A DNA stretch of 64,000 nucleotides. Source: Octopus sinensis (lineage: Eukaryota). This document shows, piece after piece, positions 39,290 through 52,460 of this stretch. Position 1 is the stretch's first letter. Each line of letters opens with the position of its first letter. The stretch lies in assembly GCF_006345805.1 (NCBI RefSeq), contig NC_043009.1:55490001-55554000 (forward strand), in the 5' to 3' direction. The notes under the pieces were generated by a model, which saw only the letters and a program-made list of their open reading frames with translations, did not search any database and had not been told where the DNA came from. The position numbers and the translations under genes were made by a program.

Positions 39290-40620
39290 ACACGGTAAAT
39301 GGATGAAACACTTACAATAGGCCCAGAAGCAACAGAGCAAAACTGATGTCAAATACCAACACAATTCTGCATTCTTGAAAGACAATGGTGCAGACATCGC
39401 AGAGATGCATCTGGTGCTGTTATAGAAATTCACATAAGACTTAAAAGCATAATAACAATTCTTTCTGATTTAGGTACAAGGCCAACAATTTTAGAGGAAG
39501 GCGTAAGTCAAATCCATCCCCATCTCCTGCTACTGCTCAACTGGTACATGTTTTATTAACCTTGAAAAGATGAAAGGCAATTTTGACTTCAGTGGAATTT
39601 GAACTCAGAATGCAAAGAGCCAGGAGAAATACTGTATCAATCACATTTTGAGTGAGTGCAGTATATTAGCACAAAAAGAGTGTAAGCACAGACGTGAATG
39701 TATTGGCAAATGAGTGCATTGGGATGTTAGCTGTGTGGTTTCAGAACAACAGAAAAGAGGTATGAACATGAACCAGAGGCTGTGGTAGAAAGTGAGAATT
39801 ACAATATCTTGTGGGACTTTACCACAAATGCCGACCATACTATTGAGGCAAGAAGACCAGACTTGTTTATAGAGGACAAAATAAACAGTGTAAGATTATA
39901 TATTTTAGCAATTCCCTAAGAAAGTAGATTCAATACCAATGAAATTGAAAAAAATTAAGAAATATCAGTATTTAGCTAGAGAGCTGAGGAGATTGTGGAA
40001 GACTAAAACAATAATTATTCCTGGATCGTAGGGTGACCTGCTGTGCTTGAGGAGACCTATTGAGTCAAGTACATCAACATTAGAATAAATATCAAATGGA
40101 AATTGTAGTTGTGATACCTGTGCCGGTGGCACGTAAAAAGCACCATCCGAACGTGGCCTATGCCAGCGCTGTCTTGACTGGCTTCTGTGCCGGTGGCACG
40201 TGACCTGCTGTGTTTGAAGAGACCTATTGAGTCAAGTACATCAACATCAAAATAAATATCAAATGGAAATTGTAGTTGTGATACCTGTGCCGGTGGCACG
40301 TAAAAAAGCACCATCCGAACGTGGCCGATGCCAGCGCTGCCTTGACTGGCTTCTGTGCTGGTGGCACGTAAAAAGCACCCACTACACTCACGGAGTGGTT
40401 GGTGTTAGGAAGGGCATCCAGCTGTAGAAACACTGCCAGATCAGACTGGAGCCTGGTGCAGCCTCCTGGCTTCCCAAACCCCAGTTGAACCGTCCAACCC
40501 ATGCTAGCATAGAATACAGACGTTAAATGATGATGATGATGATGTAGTAATTGGTGCACTTGGTACAACCACCAAAACGCTGCCTAAAAGACTGACACAA
40601 ATTGGAAATGAAATATTGTC
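39290..40620 (+). pseudogene. REL-endonuclease LINE fragment interrupted by a family C element (~40030-40545)
   Basis: HILSECSILAQK; ILWDF...ARRPDL; YQYLARELRRLW...IIP, resuming after the insert as VVIGALGTT. Confidence 0.8.
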
Positions 40621-41159
40621 AAAAAAAAGTGGATTGAAAATGAAAGAAGCTGTGTTTATTTGTGATGGATGCGTAAATGTAATTTGAGTCTAAGTATGGA
40701 TTTTGTTATGCCGTTACAATGGAGACTCTGATGATTTTGGTTTTGTTTAGGACTGGACAAATGTATCTGTTGATTGCAGGATATAACTCTTTTATTGTTT
40801 TGTTTCTTCAACTCAAATTGTTTTGATGCATCATGACACATTTTATGCCATGCACATTGATATCGGCAATAACTGCCCCAAGATGTCAAATTAAGCTGTA
40901 CAGATTTTAGTGATTGCTTTAACTTACTTAAAAAAACTCTATCCATTTAAATGTCTGTGTTGTAGTACATGAAAATATCTTACTACTGCCTCAGCCTCTT
41001 CCTCTAACCAAGCTTTCAGTTATACTGTAACATCTCTTATCCTTCACTTGCCCTAGGACACTGGGTGTGTCTTGGCAAGTGATTGTAACAAACTTGCAGA
41101 TTAAAAGTAAATAACAACAACAACAATGGTAATAATAATAATTTCTAATAATAATTTCT

Positions 41160-41555
41160 AATAGGTGTAGGAGTGGCTGTGTGGTAAGTAGCTTGCTTAC
41201 CAACCAAATGGTTCCGGGTTCAATCCCACTGCATGGCACCTTGGGCAAGTGTCTTCTATTTTAGCCTCGGGACGACCAAAGCCTTGTGAGTGAATTTGGT
41301 AGACTGAAAGAAGCCTGTCGTATATATGTGTGTATATACATGTGTGTGTGTGTGTGTATATGTTTGTGTGTCTGTGTTTGTCCCTCCAACATCGCTTGAC
41401 AACCGATGCTGGTGTTTTTACGTCCCCATAACTTAGTGGTTTGGCAAAAGAGACCGATAAAATAAGTACTAGGCTTACAAAGAATAAGTCCTGGGGTCAA
41501 TTTGCTCGACTAAAAGCATAGCCACAATCACATGACTGAAACAAGTAAAAGAGTA
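41160..41555 (+). mobile_element. SINE family A
   Basis: Consensus match. Confidence 0.85.
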
Positions 41556-41639
41556 ATGTAAGCATAAGGACAGTAATTTTGAGGGAAGTGAAGTCAATCA
41601 ATACTATTGACCCCATTATTTGTCTGGTACTTCACGTTC

Positions 41640-42300
41640 ATCATCATCATCATCATCATCGCTTAATGTCTGCTTTCCATGCTAGCATGGGTTGGACGAT
41701 TTGACTGAGGTCTGGCGAACCAGATGGCTGCACCAGACTCCAATCTGATCTGGCAGAGTTCTATAGCAGGATGCCCTTCAAACGCCAACCACTCCCAGAG
41801 TGTATGGGGGTGCTTTTATGTGCCACTGGCACAAGGACCAGTCAGGCAGTACTGGCAACGGCCATGCTCAAATGGTGCTTTTTATGTGCCACCTGTACAG
41901 GAGCCAGTCCAGCGGCACTAGCAACGACCTCGCTGGAATATTTTTTCATGTGCCACCAGCACAAGTGTCAGTAAGGTGACACAGGTAATGATCACGCTCG
42001 AATGGTGGTTTTTACATGCCATCGGCACAGAGGCCAGCTTGTTGCTCTGGCAATGATCACACTCATATGGTACTCTTAGCACTCCACTAGCACAGATGCT
42101 AGTCATCGAATTTGATTTTGATTTCGATTTCACTTGCCTCAACAGGTCTTCACAAGCAGAGTTTAGTGTCCAATGAAGGAAAGGTATGCAGAAGTGGGCT
42201 GGTTACACCCCTGGCATAGGCCACAAGGTTATGGTCTCACTTGCGCTTGCCGAGTCTTCTCAAGCACAGCATATTTCCAAAGGTCCTGGTCACAAGTTAT
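41640..42300 (-). mobile_element. Longer family C element
   Basis: (CAT)n tail at ~41640; repeated TTTTATGTGCCAC units; extends further 5' than other copies. Confidence 0.75.
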
Positions 42301-42878
42301 TGCCTCAGATCCCAAATAGATGAAATGTAAAGTTGAGCTTTGTGGGATTTGAACACATAATGTAAAATGCAGGAAGAAATAATGCAAAGTGTTTTTTTTT
42401 ATCAATTCTCTAAAAATTCTGCCATTTAAAATTTCTAAATTAAACATAAAGTCAGCAATTTTTAGGAAAGGTGGCGGGTGGAGGTTAGTTGATTAAATCA
42501 TCTCAATACATGACTGGTAAAGCAATGAGCTGGGAGAATCGTTAGCACAATCAGACAAAATGATTAGTGGCATTTCTTCAAGCTCTTTACATTCTGAGTT
42601 TAAATCCTTATGAGGTTAGCTTTGTCTTTTGGGATCAATGAAATAAAGTACCAGTCAAGTACTGAGGTCAATTTAATTGACTTTCTCGTTTTCCTTCAAA
42701 ATTGCTGGTCTTGAAGCTAGCATCCCATTCAGTTGAATGTTAAATCTCGGTCATTTATATGCCATGGAATTCAGACGACTGGTCTTATGAGTCTTAAGAT
42801 TCAACAAAAAAATAAAAACTACATGAGTAACCTTGGAGCGTGAACAGCAAAGTTGACCTCTAGCAGGATCTGAAATTA

Positions 42879-43128
42879 TGAAGGGGTGCTGAAAAGTTCC
42901 TAGCTTGAAGGGTATCAGGAAAGACCTGCTTGGAGGCCCGAAATTCCGAGTTCTTTTACAGGGCTTAGAAAAACTGAAGGATCACTGCAATAAGTGTGTG
43001 CATCTGAGAGGGGAATATGTTGAATAAAATCATAATTAACTGTATTCAATAATCATAATTATTGAATAAAACCATAATTAGCTATATTTTCTTTTGCCCA
43101 GAGTCAGGAACTTTTCCGTACCACCCAT
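42879..43128. mobile_element. Mariner-derived MITE
   Basis: GGGGTGCTGAAAAGTTCC...GGAACTTTTC...ACCC ends; retains the GLEKLKDHCNKCVHLRGEYVE* transposase tail; related copy at 56742. Confidence 0.75.
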
Positions 43129-43607
43129 GTAGATCATAAAAAATTGAAAGAAATGCTGTGAGGCATTTTCTGCAGTATTTTCTGCGATACTCTCATGATT
43201 CTATAGAAATGTGAGAATACAACATGAAGTAAATAATGTGGATGTATGTGAGTGGTGGTGGTCGGAAAGACATGGGTTGGTTTTTGTTTACAATCTGAGT
43301 TACAGTTACTGTGTTGTTTTGGTACAAGAATAAAATTTAGCTTTCTAGAATCTTCTTTTATTAATTTTTTTTCATTTCTTACCATTTCCTTCTGTTATGG
43401 AAACAGTAAATTTTTAGAATATATGTAATCAAAAAAAAAAAATGTTTATTTAATATTTCATTTTTCAAAGAAAATTATATTTTGCATTATTTATTGTTTG
43501 AAAGTGATTTGTTATTGTTAAGCTATTTACATTTAAAGGATTAAATAATTACTTTAGAAATATTTAAGAGAAATAACTACAGACATACATACATGCACTA
43601 ACACATG

Positions 43608-43638
<31 letters not shown>

Positions 43639-43757
43639 TCATGCGCACACCAGAAACCTTTCCTGAATGTCTGCATCAGAGTGGATTCCACAATAGGTAC
43701 TTAAAGTACCAGGTATTACTGCTAAAACAAGCAACAGATTAAGTCTGTCTGGTGGGA

Positions 43758-43838
<81 letters not shown>

Positions 43839-44045
43839 GTCAGTCTATTTGTCTGTCTATCTGTCTGTCTGTCTATCTGTCTGTCTGTCTGTCTATCTGT
43901 CTGTCTGTCTGTCTGTCTATATATCAACAAAAATGGTACAATGAAATTGCTGTGGTGTGTGGAAAATCCAATATTGGACACACATACACATGCACACACA
44001 CACACACACACACATACATATGTATGTATATATATATAGATAGAT

Positions 44046-44086
<41 letters not shown>

Positions 44087-44498
44087 GAAAGAGATAGAAA
44101 GATAGATAGATAGATAGATAGATGTTAGATGGTTTAAGAAAATTAGAAATGATTAAAAAACAACTTAGAAAAGGAAACAGGATGCTTTGTTTTTAAATGG
44201 TTGAATTTAAATGAAACAAACGAGAAAGATAAGTGAAATGGCTAGAAAATGTTTAAGGGAATGAAGGGAGCTAAAGAACTGTAGAAAAAAAAAGTAGAGA
44301 GAGGTATATAGTGAAAGTGAAAGTGAAAATTGTGCACGTGTGAGAGAGAGAAGGAAATAAGACAGGGAAGGAAGAATTAGGAAAGAGGAAGCATTAGAGA
44401 GAAAGAAGAAGCTAAGGAAATTGGGCAATTTGGAAAATATGGGAAATAACTGCAAGATTGCTAGTGGATAGATAGATGGATAAACAGACAAACAACTA

Positions 44499-44533
<35 letters not shown>

Positions 44534-44707
44534 CCAGACAGACTACTGTCTGTCTCTCTGTCTAGTTGTTTGTCTGTCTGTTTATCCATATATATATATA
44601 TATAGATAGATAGATAGATAGATAAGTCAATAGTGAACTAATTTGATGGATGAAAAGCAACGTGGAAATGACAAGCTATATATATATGCATGTATGTATA
44701 TATGTCA

Positions 44708-44765
<58 letters not shown>

Positions 44766-44911
44766 ATGTATGTATGTATATGTGTGTGTGTGTTTGTGTA
44801 CAGACAGATAGGGAAAATAATACATAAAAAGAGCTAAATTAAGAGAGAACAAGAGACAAATAGATAGACAAATAGATAGATAGATAGACAGATAGATAGA
44901 TAGATAGAGAA

Positions 44912-44942
<31 letters not shown>

Positions 44943-46102
44943 GAAGAAATAAATAGATACGAACATGAAACATTTGAGATAGAAAGAAACAAATAGAATG
45001 TTGAAGAACGTTAATATTTACCAGAACATGATTTTAGTCAATAATCTCTGTGTTTTAGAATGTAAATTCCATGAAATTATTCATCGTTCAGTAAGATGGA
45101 CTTAAAATGTCAGTTTGATTTTGGTTTGGTAAAATACTAATAGCAATGTGATAATAATAATAATAACGTTGGTAACGATTGCAATAAACAATGGTTTATG
45201 GTGATGATGTGGACTTAGAAGCATGTAATTATCATTATCTCTGCTTGATAAACGAGGAAAAAATTGTCAACAGATGGTGGAAACTACCAGAAAACTGAAG
45301 TTGATGCAGCAGATGACAGTGATGATGATGATGATGATGATGATGACAATGATGATGTTGATGATGATGATGATGGTGGTAGGTGTTGGTGTTGGTATTG
45401 ATGGTGATGGTGGCGGTGGTGGTGGTGGTGGTGATGACGAGGCATAATGGTTTTTTTTTTTGGTTTTTTTTTTGCGTTGCTCTGACTGGACTGGATCGAA
45501 ACAATAATCACACTCACTCTCTCTCCCTCCGTCTCTCACACACACACACACACACAACCCCTTTCACCTCACTTACATTACACACACGCCACACACACAT
45601 GCACCCACCCACACGTACATACACTCACTCACACACGTTAGAGTGAGTAGGTGAAGTGGGGGGGGCAAGGAAAAAATTGGCCTGCCTCTAGTAAAAGATA
45701 CATATAAACAAACAACTCATCTCTCCTCTCCACAAACCCCTACAGAACAGTAGGGGTTTCAGTAGATTAAATGGGGTGTTAATGGGGGGGGTACATAAAA
45801 CAAAGCCTTACCTTGTCCCCTTTTTTACCTCTATACATAATAAATGTCCTTCATAGTGATAGCCACGTGTACTACATAAAGCTACACTCAGTGTTTAGAT
45901 ATGGAAGATGTGGTGTACTTGTGTGTGTCTATATCTGTGTATGTGTGTTTGTGTGTGTGTATATTTGTGTGTGTATATTTGTGTGTGTATGTGTGTGTGT
46001 GTGTGTATTAGTGTGAGTATATGTGCATTGTGTACATGTTCATGTGTGTGTGTGTGTGTATACTTGCCTTTAATTTTTGTATATATACAGCTGTATATGT
46101 AG

Positions 46103-46104
46103 AC

Positions 46105-46138
<34 letters not shown>

Positions 46139-46238
46139 TTGTATGTGTGTGTATGTAGGTGTGTGTGTGTGTGTGTCTGCATGTGTCTGTGTGTGCATGA
46201 ATATGAGTCTGCATTTAAGCTTGTTTTTAATTATTATG

Positions 46239-46287
<49 letters not shown>

Positions 46288-46498
46288 TATATTACTCTTG
46301 TTTCAGTCATTTGACTGTGGCCATGCTGGAGCACCGCCTTTAATCGAGCAACTCGACCCCGGGACTTATTCTTTTGTAAGCCCAGTACTTATTCTATCGG
46401 TCTCTTTTGCTGAACCACTAAGTAACGGGGACATAAACACACCAGCATCGGTTGTCAAGCAATGCTAGAGGGACAAACACAGACACACAAACACACAC

Positions 46499-46532
<34 letters not shown>

Positions 46533-46632
46533 TTGTATGTGTGTGTATGTAGGTGTGTGTGTGTGTGTGTCTGCATGTGTCTGTGTGTGCATGAATATGA
46601 GTCTGCATTTAAGCTTGTTTTTAATTATTATG

Positions 46633-46678
<46 letters not shown>

Positions 46679-46890
46679 CTCTTTTACTTGTTTCAGTCAT
46701 TTGACTGTGGCCATGCTGGAGCACAGCACCGCTTTAATCGAGCAACTCGACCCCGGGACTTATTCTTTTGTAAGCCCAGTACTTATTCTATCGGTCTCTT
46801 TTGCTGAACCACTAAGTAACGGGGACATAAACACACCAGCATCGGTTGTCAAGCAATGCTAGAGGGACAAACACAGACACACAAACACAC

Positions 46891-46893
<3 letters not shown>
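46103..46893. repeat. ~395-bp direct tandem duplication including a SINE A 3' part
   Basis: Two near-identical units; the second continues into a SINE A head ending at ~47120. Confidence 0.85.
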
Positions 46894-46954
<61 letters not shown>

Positions 46955-47975
46955 TACGACGAGATTCTTTCAGTTTCTGTCTACCAAATCCACTCACAAG
47001 GCTTTGGTCGGCCCGAGGCTATAGTGAAGACACTTGCCCAAGGTGCCTTGCGGTGGGATTGAACCCGGAACCATGTGGTTGGTAAACAAGCTACTTACCA
47101 CACAGCCACTCCTGCGCCTATATATGTATATATATTGTGATTCTGTGCGTATGTGTGCATGTGAATGTGTGTATGTTTGTGTGTGTGTGTGTGCACGTGT
47201 GTGGGCGTGTGATGAGTGTGAATGTATGTGTGTGTGTGTGTGTGAATGTGTGTATGTATGTGTGAGAGTGTATGTGAGATTAGTGTATGGGTTTGTGTGT
47301 GAGTGTGCCTGTGAGTGAGTATATGTGTGTGTGAGTGTGTGTGCATGTGTGTAGATGTAACTTTGATTTTTGTACATTTGACTTTTGTCACGTATGTAAT
47401 AATAAAGAGAGGATCATTTTTAATTAACCGAGGTTATCTGTACAATTAGTAAACAAAACCCTCCTTCAACAGATGTTTAAATTTAGAAAATGACAGTCAA
47501 GGGAAATAACTCCAATAAAAACAGCCAACGAAAACTTCTTGGAAAATAATCTCAATGCAGAAAGGAGTGGATCTTGTCTTTAAAACCAACTAGTAGAAGC
47601 TATGGACATGTTTCAGAATAATCAAATCTCCTCAACAAAGCAATATCCTACTCATTTGGCAGAATATAGAAATGATTAATGTGTTTGTGCATGTGTGTGT
47701 GTTGTGTGTATGTAATATAATATATATATATAATAATATATATATATATATATATATATATTTACTATATATATAATGTATATATCATACATACAGGGAG
47801 AAAGAAGAGAGAGAGAGAGAGAGAGGGTGGGGAGAGAGGATATTTTTTAAAGATAACGATGGACATAAGAATTTATAAAATTTCAAGAGAACATGGAATC
47901 GCTCTTTTTCATTATGGTGAAACTTGAAGCAGATAAAGCTATAAATAATACACACATACATACACATGCATACAT

Positions 47976-48029
<54 letters not shown>

Positions 48030-48036
<7 letters not shown>

Positions 48037-48222
48037 TAAAGAGTGAAAAAACTACAGAAGGCTGAAATGTTAAAAAATATATATATTTGCGTCTGAAGAA
48101 TATGTCTGAAGAATATTAGAAAATTAAAAAAAATTTTCTAATATTCTTCAGACATATTGACGCAAATATATATATTTTTTAACATTTAAGCCTTCTGTAG
48201 TTTTTTCACTCTTTACTTTTTT
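48030..48222. repeat. ~190-bp palindrome
   Basis: AAAAAGTAAAGAGTG...TTAGAAAATT A-loop AATTTTCTAA...CACTCTTTACTTTTT. Confidence 0.9.
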
Positions 48223-48348
48223 CTATATATTCACCCACGTGCTTTCACAAACCAACTTTCTTATCTATCTATAAATGCTCTAATATCTACACAGCCTTGG
48301 TTTTTTATCTTATTACGCAAAAAATTCTTATATATATATATATTTTTA

Positions 48349-48860
48349 TCTATATATATAAAACTGTAGTTGTGTGAGTGTCTGTCCCCTTCGAATTAGA
48401 TTCCTAACTACTCCCACATTTTGCGGTGCAGTTTAACCAAATTCGGGTATCTTATAGTCGTGATTCATATCGAGCCCATCTGAGTATTAGCGCGCGTCTA
48501 CAATGAGTCTACGATTTTAAAAATAATTTAACATCATTTTTTATTCCATTTTAATGCATAATTTTTCGTGTGTCGATGGCGGCGGAGTTGGCGTCGATGG
48601 TCACACCTGCACCTGTTTGCTTCTCCCCCTTCTTCCCTCCCTCGTGAAGCTGGGGGAGGGGAGTGTAAGGAAATCAACGTCGTAAAGCGTTGTCAAGGAG
48701 ACCAGCGTTCTTTTAGAACAACGACTTCATGGCTTGAAGACACCAAAACAGAAATGGCTAAGAAAGCCCGAATTGGCATCTATAAGGGAAGTAACTCTCT
48801 AAAAATGCTTATATAGTTATTTCCCTTACAAACCCGAGCAACGCCGGGCGATACTGCTAG
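48349..48860 (+). mobile_element. Non-autonomous Helitron
   Basis: A|TC 5' end, CCCG-AGCAACGC-CGGG hairpin (48833-48848), CTAG|T 3' end, no TSD. Confidence 0.8.
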
Positions 48861-48918
<58 letters not shown>

Positions 48919-49072
48919 GATAGATGCAGCACAAAGTTTTGTCATGGTTTCGAAGCAATGAAAATATTTTGACATAAATCAAATTTAAATGTTGAAGTTT
49001 TGAAATGAATCTAACAGTTTTTTTGTGCATTCTTAAATGGCTTATAAACATCTTCCATGCTGCAATTGTTTT

Positions 49073-49105
<33 letters not shown>

Positions 49106-49142
49106 GATTATATATGATATATATATATATATATATATATAG

Positions 49143-49176
<34 letters not shown>

Positions 49177-49725
49177 GTGTGTGTGTGTGTGTATGTATAT
49201 GTATATATATGTATGTATATTTATATATTATATATATGTGTGTTTATATATGTATGTGTGTATGTCTGTGTATATATGATAGGCTTGTTCTGGTTTTCAT
49301 TTGTTAAAACCGCTCAAGAGGGTTTGGATGCATTGGAGCTGTAGTAAATACACTTGCTTAAGACACCATGCGATGATCACACACTACATACCTTCCTTCC
49401 AAGCACTGCTATAAACAGAAGTAAGCTAGAATGTTAAAACTTAGTGCACATGCACAGCAGAGTTCAAGGTCAATCTGTGCCAAGCAGTTTTACTCTGCAT
49501 GCTTTAGCTTCGTTACTATGGCAACAGTCTGGGTACTTATTGATCACACCATGTATATATACAGGGTGTGGTGAATATATATATATATATATATAACGGG
49601 AAGCTTTATGAAAATAGACAAAAGATGAAGGCAGGTTTACGGAAATAAACAAAAGACGAAGGCAGGTGGAATACAAACAAACAATTGTATTAGTATGGCG
49701 CTCAGGAAATATAAATAAAACAAGT

Positions 49726-49761
49726 CTTTTACGTTTCGAGCCTACGCTCTTCAACAGAAAG
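49726..49761 (-). ncRNA. Hammerhead-like motif with CUGUUGA core variant in Penelope-LTR-like repeat (~49590-49810)
   Basis: CTTT CTGTTGA A GAGC-GTAG-GCTC GAA ACGT A AAAG; all stems perfect. Confidence 0.55.
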
Positions 49762-49805
49762 ATACACAGAGAAAAAACACAGAAAGAAGGAGAGAAAAAA
49801 ATATG

Positions 49806-50485
49806 CGTGCAGAAAAATTGTCATCTAAATTACACAAAAATGAAAATAACACTGACATCTCATTTTAGCAGATGTATTTTCCAAAATTACATAAAAATAT
49901 CTTGAAATACTAAAGAGTAAATCTATTCAGTAAAATTGCCATTGACTTCAACCATGGCCTTCAGATGACTTCGGAATCTCCTGCACCTCTTCAGTTGGTG
50001 AATGCTGCCATAATCCTTACTTTTCATCTTTGGTGTTACCAGGAGTTTTGATGGTCTCTCACTCAGCTGCACCCCACACATAATAATTAAGGGAGTGGCA
50101 TTCTGGGGAGTTAGGTGGCCAGATGTTAGGGGGGATGTGGTCGCAGAAATTGTCTGACAGTCATGACTGAATTCTCCTGCTTCTGTGGCATGGTGCAGAG
50201 TCCTGTTGCTAGACATAGGGTCTTCCAGTAGCCACCCTCTTGACCCCAGGCACTTGACGTAGATTTCCATGTTGAGCCTGAGGCTGTGTGGAAAGATGAA
50301 TGGAGGCATAACTTTGCCATCACTAGTGTTCACTCCAAACACCATGATATTGACTGGATGTTTGATTTTTATCACTCTCAGTACATGTCTCAGGGGACAC
50401 GCCGAGCCAACAGTTGTTCTGTGTGTGTTCACCATCTGATCCTGACAGAAATTTTTCTCATCTGAGAAAAACCAAAGCATGCCTG
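49806..50485 (-). pseudogene. Tc1/mariner (maT-like) transposase 3' fragment
   Basis: WFFSDEKNFCQDQ; HPVNIMVFGV; frameshifted WPPNSPECNSLNY. Confidence 0.8.
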
Positions 50486-50943
50486 GGGTTGAACTCAACT
50501 CACCTTGTCAGCTTATAAGAAAACTATTGAACTCATACACTGATTTCAAAAGTGGTAAAAGTGCAAACTATAAATAGTATGGGTGGCTTATTAGCAATTT
50601 AACAACCTAAAGGCAAATTTATAGACGCCACTAAAGTGACAGATTGTACAAAGTGGTACCGTCATTGCTAGAAATAAGAGTCAAAATAACTCAATAGTCA
50701 CAAATGCACTATCTTAATGACTAACAAGGGAGATAAACTATTGAGTTATTTTGACTCTTATTTCTAGTACCTTCTATCCCCTAGTACCTTCTGTCACTTT
50801 AGTGACAACTATAAATTTGCCTTTAGGTTGTTAAATTACTAATAAGCCACCCATATTATACTTTTCACTTTCACCATTTTTAAAATCAGCGTATGAGTTC
50901 AACAGTTTTCTTATAAGCTGACAAGGTGAGTTGAGTTTAACCC
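50486..50943. mobile_element. ~460-bp MITE abutting the maT fragment; partial extra arm at ~51075-51190
   Basis: Arms AACTCAACTCACCTTGTCAGCTTATAAGAAAAC... and their reverse complement. Confidence 0.8.
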
Positions 50944-50956
50944 TGGATGTGGTAAG

Positions 50957-51016
50957 AACCACTGATGAGAATTAGGATGCTCTGCATCAAAGTTTGAAAT
51001 CACCAGTGATCTGGTT
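50957..51016 (+). ncRNA. Type I hammerhead ribozyme motif with intact core
   Basis: AACCA CTGATGA GAATT-AG-GATGC-TCT-GCATC-AA-AGTTT GAA ATCAC-CA-GTGAT C TGGTT; predicted cleavage after C51011 (AUC). Confidence 0.75.
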
Positions 51017-51397
51017 TTGTTCGCTAGAGAACTTATCTTCATCGTCAATCATTAAGATAGTGAATTTGTGGCTATTGTGTTGTTTTGACTCTTACTTCTA
51101 TCCATGCCGGTACCACTAAGTACCCTCTGTCACTTTAGTAACGTCTATAAATTTGTCTTCAGGTTGTTAAGTTGCTAATAAGCCACCCATATATATATAT
51201 ATATATATATAAGATACAAAATGGGACAAGAACGCAAAACGTCCGGACAACTTGGTGATACAAAAAGAACAACAAAACATCCAGATAGACGATACAAAAA
51301 AACAAGGACGGGTCATTCGAAGCTTTCTATCCTCAGTCAAGAACCGGATCATCCTCACAATAAGGATCACTCTTAGTCTTGGCAACAGTAGATTATG

Positions 51398-51440
51398 CTT
51401 CACTGAGGAAGTCCAATAAGAGGAAAAGATATCTCTTAAG
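51398..51440 (+). ncRNA. Decayed minimal hammerhead-like motif
   Basis: CTTCA CTGAGGA A GTCC-AATA-AGAG GAAA AGATATCT C TTAAG; stem II broken, one stem I mismatch. Confidence 0.3.
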
Positions 51441-51594
51441 TTTTACTAGTTGTCTTTAATAACCAGATTATATATTACATATATATATTAACAGGGTCAC
51501 TGATGTAGCATTTATGCAATAACAATTGTAATGAAGGCTATGATCCCATGTTCGATAAACACATGTTTAACCTTGTTGTGTAAATAAACACTAT

Positions 51595-52000
51595 ACTCTT
51601 TACTCTTTTACTTGTTTCAGTCATTTGACTGTGGCCATGCTGGAGCACCGCCTTTAGTTGAGTAACTCGACCCCGGGACTTATTCTATGTAAGCCTAGTA
51701 CTTATTCTATCGGTCTCTTTTGCCGAACCGCTAAGTGACGGGGACATAAACATACCAGCATCGGTTGTCAAGCAATGCTAGGAGGGCAAACACAGACACA
51801 CAGACATACACAAACACATATATATACATATATACGACGGGCTTCTTTCAGTTTCCGTCTACCAAATCCACTCACAAGGCTTTGGTCGGCCCGAGGCTAT
51901 AGTAGAAGACACTTGCCCAAGGTGCCACGCAGTGGGACTGAACCCGGAACCATGTGGTTGGTAAGCAAGCTACTTATCACACAGCCACTCCTGCGCCTAT
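51595..52000 (-). mobile_element. SINE family A, near consensus
   Basis: Full reverse-complement consensus. Confidence 0.85.
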
Positions 52001-52134
52001 GTTGAAAACACAGTGCTTTTCAGTGACCAGGTAGTGAACAGAAATAAACTGGCAATTAGTTTTGACTTTCATTAAAGTCATCATGAGAACTGGTTTATAC
52101 CTAGCTGCTGAGAAAAAGTATCTTATTGATACTC

Positions 52135-52460
52135 TCTCTTTTACTCTTTTACTTGTTTCAGTCATTTGACTGCGGCCATGCTGGAGCACTGCCTTTAGTT
52201 GACCAAATTGACCCCAGGACTTATTCTTTGTAAGCCTCATACTTATTCTATCGCTCTCTTTTGCTGAACTGGTAAGTTACATGGATGTAAACATGACAGC
52301 ATCGGTTGTCAAGCGATGTTTCTGGCTACCAAATCCACTCACAAGGCTTTGGTTGGCCTGAGGCTATAATAGAAGATACTTGCCCAAGGTGCCATGCAGT
52401 GGGACTGAACCCGGAACCATGTGGCTGATAAGCAAGCTACTTACCACATAGCCACTCCTG
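52135..52460 (-). mobile_element. SINE family A with internal deletion
   Basis: Head and tail joined without the microsatellite core. Confidence 0.8.

Noticed and set aside
38723-39320. Poly-Asp/Ser/Thr/Met ORFs
   Set aside because: (CAT)n/(CAA)n array.
51310-51350. Minus-strand CTGAGGA...CGAA in a Penelope-LTR-like repeat
   Set aside because: No closing stem II, GAAA or NUH geometry.
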